Source: Clostridia bacterium (GTDB taxonomy: Bacteria; Bacillota; Clostridia; Oscillospirales; Acutalibacteraceae). From it: a DNA stretch of 33,338 nucleotides. The notes below the pieces were generated by a model. It saw nothing but the letters and a program-made list of their open reading frames with translations, ran no database searches and had not been told where the DNA came from. Positions 26,091 to 32,307 of the stretch are shown piece by piece (the first letter of the stretch is position 1; every line of letters starts with the position of its first letter). The stretch lies in the NCBI GenBank assembly GCA_017454565.1, contig JAFTCS010000235.1, positions 1-33,338 of the forward strand, given 5' to 3'. A program made the translations under genes and the position numbers.

Positions 26091-28487
26091 ATGGACAAAT
26101 ATACCGGTAAAAGACTTGACGGAAGATACGAAATACAGGAACTGATCGGTGTAGGCGGCATGGCGATGGTATATAAGGCCTACGACAATATTGACGACAA
26201 GACCGTTGCCATCAAGATACTCAAAGACGAGTTCCTGGGCAATGAGGATTTCATAAGACGCTTCAAGAACGAATCAAAGGCTATCGCAGTGCTTTCACAT
26301 CCGAATATCGTAAAGGTGTATGACGTCAGCTTCGGCGACAGGATACAGTATATCGTCATGGAGTATATTGACGGTATCACTCTTAAAGAGTATATCGGAC
26401 AGCAGAATGTTATTTCATGGAAGGAAGCCGTTCATTTTACCGTGCAGATACTCCAGGCTCTGCAGCATGCACATGAAAAGGGCATTGTCCACAGGGACGT
26501 GAAGCCCCAGAACATCATGCTGCTGCAGGACGGCACCATTAAGGTGACGGATTTCGGTATCGCTCTGGTAACCACCAATGATACCCGCACCATGACGAAG
26601 AACGCCATTGGTTCAGTACATTACATAGCTCCCGAGCAGGCAAAGGGCAGCGTGACAGACGGCAAGGCGGATATTTACTCGGTAGGCGTTATGCTCTATG
26701 AGATGCTCACCGGCAAGCTTCCCTTTGATGCCGACAGCGCTGTTTCCGTGGCTATAATGCAGTTGCAGAATGCTCCGAAGCCGCCAAGAGAGATAAACAG
26801 CAGCATTCCCGAAGGACTTGAGGAGATAACCCTCAGGGCAATGCGCAAGGAGCCGCGCCAGCGCTACGAAAGCGCAAGGGAAATGCTGGAGGCTATCGAG
26901 ATATTCCGCAAGGATCCTACGACCCGTTTCAACTACAACTACTTTGAGGACGGCGCGCCTACCAAGTATATCGAATCTTTAGGCGCCGCAGCAAAGAAAC
27001 CGGCAGCTCCTGCAGTGGAGTACAATGACGATTTCGGCGGCTATGACGGTGAGGTCACTTCATCAAAGTCAAAGACTGTTGTAAAGTGGATAACCGTTCT
27101 GGTAAGCATACTGGTGGTCGCCGCGCTGATATTCTTCTTTGTGCTGATAGTACAGAACTTTGCAAAGCAGAGCGAGGTCGAGACCGTTGACGTTCCGAAT
27201 CTTATCGGTCAGAATATAGACGATATCACCAGCAACAAGAACTACAAGTTCAATTTCAGGATCATCGACACCAACGAGGGTGAGACTCCCAACGTGGTAA
27301 CGGCTCAGGATCCGGAGGCCGGTACCAAGAAGATCAAGGAAAATGCTACCATCAAGCTTACGGTATACACCAACAAGAAAAAGGTAGAGGTCCCCAAGGT
27401 AAAGAATTATCTTGAGGAGAAGGCTATAGAAAAGCTTGAAGCCAAGGGCTTCACAAAGCATGACGAGCAGAGAGTATACAGCTCTGACGTTGCGGCAGGC
27501 TATGTTATCGACTCAACGCCGCAGGAGGGCACACAGCAGTACCCCGACACCACTATTACGCTTATAATCAGCGCAGGTCCCGCTCCTGAGCAGATCGAGA
27601 TCCCCAGTGTTGCAGGTCTCAGCTTTGACAGGGCAAAGTCGAACCTTGAGGCTCTCGGCTTCAAGACAGAGAAGGCCATGGTTGCCAGCGCTCTTGAGGC
27701 AGGCACCGTTATAGGCACAGACCCGCTCCCGGGCAACAAGCTCACCAAGAGGAAGATAACGATCCAGGTAAGTGACGGCAGCAAGCTCAGGAAGGCTCTC
27801 GATTATGACGTTGACCTGCCTGAGGACGAGTATGCACCTATCGCCGTAAAGATCATCCAGAATGAAGCTGACGGCAAGAATACTCCCATCAAGGAATTCG
27901 ACAACATTATTCCGGGCGAGGGCAATGTTGTTACTATCCATCTTGAGCCGGACGGCGCTGTGAATGACAAGAAGCAGATCACCGTAATGATAGACGGCAA
28001 GAGATATGAGACTCTTGTGTTTGACTTCAAGAACCAGACCGTTGCAAGAACGTATCTTGACACCAACTATGAGGTCAAGCAGCCCAGCTACATGGATTAC
28101 AAGATCGAGAAGTTCAATGAGCTGCTGGTTTATGCGGCAGGCTATACATTCCCGTCTATAAGTGACGTTGATGTCCGTAAGCGCGCCATTACTGCAGTCA
28201 GCCAGACGGTTTCACTCTACGGCAGCTATGACGAGACTGAAAAGAAGTATTCCGGCGCAATGTTCGAGGCTACCTCAAAGAGCATGGTCGATGCCCTGCT
28301 TGAGCAGGCGAAGGAGGCTGTGGACGAAGTGGCTATGTCTTATGTTGATACCTCGTCCGAACCCGATGAAAGCTCCGATGAGGAAAGCAGCGAAGAACCG
28401 GATGAGAGCAGCGAAGAGCCTGACGAGAGCAGTGAGGAAAGCTCTGAAGAGCCTTACGAGTTCTCGGAAGAGGATCCGGGCTTCTGA
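26091..28487 (+). CDS. prkC: Ser/Thr kinase PrkC with three PASTA repeats and an extended C-terminal region
   Basis: Hanks kinase motifs (VAIK, HRDVKPQN, DFG, APE). A TM segment at about residue 335, then three PASTA-like repeats. These are followed by about 190 aa of unassigned sequence and an acidic Ser/Glu/Pro/Asp tail. Confidence 0.9.
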   Translation: MDKYTGKRLDGRYEIQELIGVGGMAMVYKAYDNIDDKTVAIKILKDEFLGNEDFIRRFKNESKAIAVLSHPNIVKVYDVSFGDRIQYIVMEYIDGITLKEYIGQQNVISWKEAVHFTVQILQALQHAHEKGIVHRDVKPQNIMLLQDGTIKVTDFGIALVTTNDTRTMTKNAIGSVHYIAPEQAKGSVTDGKADIYSVGVMLYEMLTGKLPFDADSAVSVAIMQLQNAPKPPREINSSIPEGLEEITLRAMRKEPRQRYESAREMLEAIEIFRKDPTTRFNYNYFEDGAPTKYIESLGAAAKKPAAPAVEYNDDFGGYDGEVTSSKSKTVVKWITVLVSILVVAALIFFFVLIVQNFAKQSEVETVDVPNLIGQNIDDITSNKNYKFNFRIIDTNEGETPNVVTAQDPEAGTKKIKENATIKLTVYTNKKKVEVPKVKNYLEEKAIEKLEAKGFTKHDEQRVYSSDVAAGYVIDSTPQEGTQQYPDTTITLIISAGPAPEQIEIPSVAGLSFDRAKSNLEALGFKTEKAMVASALEAGTVIGTDPLPGNKLTKRKITIQVSDGSKLRKALDYDVDLPEDEYAPIAVKIIQNEADGKNTPIKEFDNIIPGEGNVVTIHLEPDGAVNDKKQITVMIDGKRYETLVFDFKNQTVARTYLDTNYEVKQPSYMDYKIEKFNELLVYAAGYTFPSISDVDVRKRAITAVSQTVSLYGSYDETEKKYSGAMFEATSKSMVDALLEQAKEAVDEVAMSYVDTSSEPDESSDEESSEEPDESSEEPDESSEESSEEPYEFSEEDPGF

Positions 28488-28501
28488 GCGGGTAACTGAA
28501 C

Positions 28502-29401
28502 ATGGAAAACTTAACTGGATTGATAGTTAAGGCGATCAGCGGCTTCTACTATGTAGAAGTCGCCGGTTTGCTTTATGAGTGCAAAGCGCGGGGCGTATTC
28601 AGAAAAAAAGGCGTAAGTCCGGCGGTAGGCGATATGGCTGAGATAACTGTCTATGATGACGGAAGCGCCTCGGTGGATAATATCCTGCCAAGGAAAAATT
28701 ACCTGATAAGACCGCCTTTAGCGAATCTTGACCGGCTGTTTATTGTGGCTTCGGTCTGCGAACCAAGCCCGAGCACTCTGATAATAGACAAGATAACCGC
28801 CGTTGCAGTGGAAAAGGGCATAGAGCCTGTGGTCGTGTTTACCAAATCCGACCTGGGCGACTGCGGCGGCCTGCTGGATATCTATAAAAAGGCCGGTATA
28901 AGGGCAATGAACTACAGCATACATTCACCCTGCGACAAAGAGGAGCTTATGTCTCTGCTGAACGGCAAAATTTCCGCATTTACCGGAAACACAGGTGTGG
29001 GGAAGTCCTCGCTGCTCAATTCACTCTTTCCGGAGCTGAATATTGAGACCGCCCAGATAAGCAAAAAGCTTGGCAGAGGCAGACACACCACCAGACACAG
29101 CGAGCTTTACAAGGTGGGCGGCGGTTATGTGGCAGACACACCCGGTTTTTCTACCGTGGACATAGAAAGGTATGAGGTCATTATGTGTGACCGTATAGCT
29201 TCATGCTTTCCCGAGTTCAGTGAATACCTGACGCAGTGCAGGTTCTCGACCTGTACGCACACCGTAGAAAAGGGCTGTGCAGTGATAGAGGCCGTAGAAA
29301 AGGGCATTATTCCGAGATCGCGCCACAACAGCTATCGTGCAATGTATGACGAGGTCAAGGATATACCTGACTGGGCTGCCGGACGCGGCAAAAAACAATG
29401 A
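28502..29401 (+). CDS. rsgA: Ribosome small-subunit-dependent GTPase A
   Basis: Circularly permuted GTPase with TKSD before GNTGVGKSSLLN. C-terminal zinc motif CRFSTCTHTVEKGC. Confidence 0.9.
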   Translation: MENLTGLIVKAISGFYYVEVAGLLYECKARGVFRKKGVSPAVGDMAEITVYDDGSASVDNILPRKNYLIRPPLANLDRLFIVASVCEPSPSTLIIDKITAVAVEKGIEPVVVFTKSDLGDCGGLLDIYKKAGIRAMNYSIHSPCDKEELMSLLNGKISAFTGNTGVGKSSLLNSLFPELNIETAQISKKLGRGRHTTRHSELYKVGGGYVADTPGFSTVDIERYEVIMCDRIASCFPEFSEYLTQCRFSTCTHTVEKGCAVIEAVEKGIIPRSRHNSYRAMYDEVKDIPDWAAGRGKKQ

Positions 29402-29432
29402 TCGCGGAATTTCCTGAAATGAGGATATGACA

Positions 29433-30074
29433 ATGCAAAGATGTGTGATAATAGGTGCGTCTCCGGAGACGGATATTGATTTTATCCGCGAGAGTGTGGG
29501 GAAAGACGATTTTGTGGTGTGTGCCGACGGGGGATATCTTTCGGCGGTAAAGGCAGGTGTGAAGCCCGACCTTCTTATAGGCGACTTCGATTCCTCAAAA
29601 TATCCGCAGGATATGGACTGTGAAATAATAAGGCTGCCCGTGATGAAGGCTGACACTGACACCCTGAGCTGCATAAGGGTATGTCTCAGCCGTGGATACA
29701 GTGATTTTCTCCTTTTAGGCATGAGCGGCGGCAGGAGCGACCATACCTTTGCAAACTACTCTGCTTTGCTTTTTATCGCAAATAACGGTGCGCAGGGCGT
29801 TATGTCTGAGAGGGACGGTTTCAGTACGGTGCTCAGAGCCGATGATGAGGACGCCTGCCTTGAGATAAATAATAAAAACTGCTGCGGCTTTGCGGTTTTC
29901 CCCTTTGGCTGCAAAAGCTGTACGGTCACTCTCAAGGGATTTCTTTATAATATCGAGGAAAAGATCATGGACGCAGACTTTCCTTTCGGAGTCAGCAATA
30001 CGATCGTTTCTGACAGCGCAGCGGTTCGCATACACAGCGGGAGCGCACTCATAATGGTCTACACGGCAAAATAA
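29433..30074 (+). CDS. thiN: Thiamine pyrophosphokinase
   Basis: GDFDS and KADTD motifs. It sits downstream of rsgA, as in B. subtilis. ATG 29433 has better GAGGA spacing than ATG 29427. Confidence 0.8.
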   Translation: MQRCVIIGASPETDIDFIRESVGKDDFVVCADGGYLSAVKAGVKPDLLIGDFDSSKYPQDMDCEIIRLPVMKADTDTLSCIRVCLSRGYSDFLLLGMSGGRSDHTFANYSALLFIANNGAQGVMSERDGFSTVLRADDEDACLEINNKNCCGFAVFPFGCKSCTVTLKGFLYNIEEKIMDADFPFGVSNTIVSDSAAVRIHSGSALIMVYTAK

Positions 30075-30082
30075 AATTCTTA

Positions 30083-30117
30083 TACCGGCGGATAATTATG
30101 TTCCGCCGGTATTTTTG
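30083..30117 (+). terminator. Rho-independent terminator after thiN
   Basis: TACCGGCGGA (30083-30092) pairs with TCCGCCGGTA (30102-30111), followed by TTTTTGTGT. Confidence 0.8.
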
Positions 30118-30123
30118 TGTCAT

Positions 30124-30260
30124 ACCTGAATCCGTGAACCCCTGAAAAGGTCAGACATCGTTTTCGGGGGATGTCCGGGGGCGTAAGCATCTGACATCTC
30201 AGACGTTTCGCCTGTCCTTGACAGAGTACAGGCTGTTAAAGTTACTTGTTTATATAATAA
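30124..30260 (+). repeat. Composite hairpin-repeat element upstream of the spoVM locus
   Basis: CCTGAATCCGTGAA is the reverse complement of 14813-14826. CGTTTTCGGGGG is the reverse complement of the CCCCGAAAACG module. GACATCTCAGACGTTTCGCCTGTCCTTGACAGAGTACAGGCTGT is related to 31522-31565. The element ends in ATAATAATAGTG. Confidence 0.7.
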
Positions 30261-30339
30261 TAGTGTCAAAATATGGTGCGGCTGTATATTATATTACTGT
30301 AAGCGCCACGGCACTGTAAACAGAAACGGAGGAATGAAC

Positions 30340-30489
30340 ATGAGATGCCGGAGAGGAAACAAAACGATACTTGCGTTCAGTATGGGGCTGCTGGTTTCAA
30401 GCCTGCTGCCTGCCTGCTGGGTCGCGGTGGTGGTAACGGTGCTGCTGGTGGTAACAAGCTTTGTGGCTTCACCATGCCGCAGATTCTGA
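30340..30489 (+). CDS. Candidate small hydrophobic protein (49 aa), not in the ORF track
   Basis: GGAGG (30328-30332) lies 7 nt before ATG 30340. The translation is MRCRRGNKTILAFSMGLLVSSLLPACWVAVVVTVLLVVTSFVASPCRRF. It ends 14 nt before spoVM. Confidence 0.4.
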   Translation: MRCRRGNKTILAFSMGLLVSSLLPACWVAVVVTVLLVVTSFVASPCRRF

Positions 30490-30503
30490 AAGGGGAGCTT
30501 TTT

Positions 30504-30614
30504 ATGAAGATAGTAGTAGTTGACAACCCGAAGTTCTGGAGTTTCTTCCTCAGAAAGATGTTCGGTATCAAAAAGATAAGCGATAACGCCGAACAGCTCA
30601 CAACTGTGAGGTAA
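30504..30614 (+). CDS. spoVM: Stage V sporulation protein M (small amphipathic peptide)
   Basis: MKIVVVDNPKFWSFFLRKMFGIKK.. matches the SpoVM pattern (MKFYTIKLPKFLGGIVRAMLGSFRKD in B. subtilis). AAAGGGGAG RBS. It sits after thiN as in B. subtilis. At 36 aa it is longer than the usual 26 aa. Confidence 0.7.
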   Translation: MKIVVVDNPKFWSFFLRKMFGIKKISDNAEQLTTVR

Positions 30615-30670
30615 TATGGCTTTTATATTCTGGAATATCCGGAAAATGTTATTAAATTTGAAGTAGGGGT

Positions 30671-30699
30671 TTGAAAAACTATACAGAGTGTGCTATAAT
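30671..30699 (+). promoter_or_regulatory. Sigma-A promoter with extended -10 upstream of the PAP2 gene
   Basis: TTGAAA (30671-30676), 17 nt, TGcTATAAT (-10 at 30694-30699). Confidence 0.55.
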
Positions 30700-30708
30700 T
30701 AGCGTGAT

Positions 30709-31272
30709 ATGTTATGGACGGTGAAAAATATGCTTGATCGTATTCAGGTCTGGGATGACAGGGTGCTCATGCGCATAGCAAAGCAGCACACCCCATTCCT
30801 TAACAGACTTATGGTTTACATCACAGCTACAGGTGACAACGGCCTTGTCTGGTTTGCACTGTCTGTTCCGTTTCTGCTGCTTAATCAGTGGAGACTGACG
30901 GGCTTTACAATACTTGCGGCAATGGGTATCGCTTCCCTCAGCGGTGAGCTGACAATTAAACATATTGTAAAACGTATAAGACCCTGCAAAAAAGCATTTG
31001 AGGAATATCTGCTTATCGAAAACCCGCCGCACTATTCCTTTCCGTCAGGGCATACCACGTCGTCGTTCGCGGTGGCGGCGGTTACGATAATCATGTGCCC
31101 GGTGCTGGCTCCTGCCGTTACCATGTACGCGGCGCTGATATCCTTTTCAAGGCTGTATCTTCTTGTGCACTACCCTACGGACGTCCTTACAGGCATGATC
31201 ATCGGCATTATCTGCGGGCTGGTGGCTATTCCGGTGGCAGGTTCTATACCGCTGTTTACGTTCCAGTTATGA
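30709..31272 (+). CDS. PAP2-family lipid phosphatase (BcrC/PgpB-like)
   Basis: The three PAP2 motifs KHIVKRIRP, PSGH and SRLYLLVHYPTD, with multiple TM segments. The start is either ATG 30709 or ATG 30730. Confidence 0.8.
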   Translation: MLWTVKNMLDRIQVWDDRVLMRIAKQHTPFLNRLMVYITATGDNGLVWFALSVPFLLLNQWRLTGFTILAAMGIASLSGELTIKHIVKRIRPCKKAFEEYLLIENPPHYSFPSGHTTSSFAVAAVTIIMCPVLAPAVTMYAALISFSRLYLLVHYPTDVLTGMIIGIICGLVAIPVAGSIPLFTFQL

Positions 31273-31273
31273 A

Positions 31274-31306
31274 AGACCTTTCTTTATATGAAGAAGGGTC
31301 TTTTTA
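31274..31306 (+). terminator. Rho-independent terminator after the PAP2 gene
   Basis: AGACCTTTCTT (31274-31284) pairs with AAGAAGGGTCT (31291-31301), with one G-U pair, followed by TTTTATTT. Confidence 0.75.
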
Positions 31307-31324
31307 TTTGTAAACATTTTGTTA

Positions 31325-31355
31325 AATTCGACCTTTCGGGGTCGAATTGTTTTTG
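31325..31355 (+). terminator. Second tandem rho-independent terminator
   Basis: AATTCGACC (31325-31333) pairs with GGTCGAATT (31340-31348), followed by GTTTTTGTCTTT. Confidence 0.7.
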
Positions 31356-31383
31356 TCTTTCCCGGTATGTTGAGGACAGTTTA

Positions 31384-31596
31384 TACTACTATTCAATTAA
31401 ACAGTAAAGTTTCGCTCAAGCCTTTTCAAAGGCTTACAGGGTCAAGGGGCGCGGGTCTCCGGTGGAGACCTCTGCGAAGCAGAAGCACCGACCGAGCCGA
31501 CAGGCGAGACCGGCGCCCTCCGACATTCAGACTTTCTTGCCTGTCCTTGACAAAGGACAGGCTTTCAAAATGTATACTTTTTATTGAATAATAGTA
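31384..31596 (+). mobile_element. MITE-like non-coding element (about 213 bp) built from the hairpin-repeat modules
   Basis: The ends TACTACTATTCAATTAAACAGTA (31384-31406) and the reverse complement of 31574-31596 (TACTATTATTCAATAAAAAGTAT) match at about 20 of 23 positions with one 1-nt gap. TTA flanks both ends (31381-31383 and 31597-31599). The interior carries AAGCCTTTTCAAAGGCTT, GGTCTCCGGTGGAGACC and CCTGTCCTTGACAAAGGACAGG. No transposase is present. Confidence 0.5.
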
Positions 31597-31633
31597 TTAT
31601 TATCCTCACAAAAATCATAAAAGGAGGAATCGG

Positions 31634-31804
31634 ATGAGCAGCTATAAAAGGCCGTGCACCCAGAATACACACAAAGAGTTTATCCGGAATATCCCCGTAA
31701 ACCATTCACCGGCATACGGAGGAATGCTGTACGCTGCCGGGGGAGGACTATTATTCTTCGGATATTCATATCATTATGGAGGTGTGATATGGACCCGGCA
31801 TTAA
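31634..31804 (+). CDS. Candidate small Gly/Tyr-rich protein (56 aa), not in the ORF track
   Basis: AAAGGAGGAA lies 6 nt before ATG 31634. The translation is MSSYKRPCTQNTHKEFIRNIPVNHSPAYGGMLYAAGGGLLFFGYSYHYGGVIWTRH. It overlaps the next gene's start by 16 nt. There is no homology evidence. Confidence 0.25.
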   Translation: MSSYKRPCTQNTHKEFIRNIPVNHSPAYGGMLYAAGGGLLFFGYSYHYGGVIWTRH

Positions 31805-32031
31805 TAAGCGCACTGGTAGCCTTTGCGGGTTCCCTTACAGGAACGCTGGCAGGAATAATCACCAGCTCAAAGCTGACGGACTACAGGCTGAAAGAGCTTG
31901 AAAAGCGTGTGGATAAGCATAATTCTCTTGTAGAGCGCATGTACTGTCTTGAGGAAAAAATAAACCTTCAGGAAGAAAAGCAGAGAAATGCAGACCACAG
32001 AATAACAATACTGGAGGAGGATAAAAAATGA
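31789..32031 (+). CDS. Small N-terminal-TM plus coiled-coil protein, putative lysis accessory (XhlA-like role)
   Basis: GGAGGTG lies 6 nt before ATG 31789. The 80-aa product has the TM segment ALISALVAFAGSLTGTLAGII followed by a charged heptad-like helix. Its stop overlaps the holin start (ATGA). Confidence 0.5.
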   Translation: MDPALISALVAFAGSLTGTLAGIITSSKLTDYRLKELEKRVDKHNSLVERMYCLEEKINLQEEKQRNADHRITILEEDKK

Positions 32032-32231
32032 AGCAGAACATGAAAAACTGGCTCAGAGCGGCAGGCATAAGAGCTTTGAAAACGTTTGCACAGAGCGCGG
32101 CGGCAGCGTTGAGCGTGGGCGCGGCAACAGGTGTTTCCGACCTGAGAGCGATACTTACGACGTCTGCGATCGCGGCGGCGCTTTCTCTGCTTACATCATG
32201 CGCAGGGCTTCCGGAAGTGGACAATAAATAA
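32028..32231 (+). CDS. Putative phage-type holin (67 aa)
   Basis: Amphipathic/hydrophobic segments with the pattern IRALKTFAQSAAAAL .. AIAAALSLLTSCAGLPE, which I recall from small Firmicute phage holins. It lies directly upstream of the endolysin. Confidence 0.6.
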   Translation: MKQNMKNWLRAAGIRALKTFAQSAAAALSVGAATGVSDLRAILTTSAIAAALSLLTSCAGLPEVDNK

Positions 32232-32307
32232 TGATTTTGTACTGTGACGGCTTTCTTCGCTTTGCAAAAACCGCGCGGGGAAAGCCGGATGAAAAGGAGG
32301 AGTTACA

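Noticed and set aside
30345-30614. 89-aa ORF taken as one gene
   Set aside because: Its N-terminal two thirds are Gly/Ala-rich with no RBS. The C-terminal 36 codons have their own RBS and match SpoVM. A better-supported 49-aa ORF occupies another frame upstream.
31547-31578. TTGACA ... TGTATACT inside the repeat module as a sigma-A promoter for the lysis cassette
   Set aside because: The spacer between TTGACA and TATACT is 20 nt, which is too long for a canonical sigma-A promoter. It is kept only as a hypothesis under the repeat findings.
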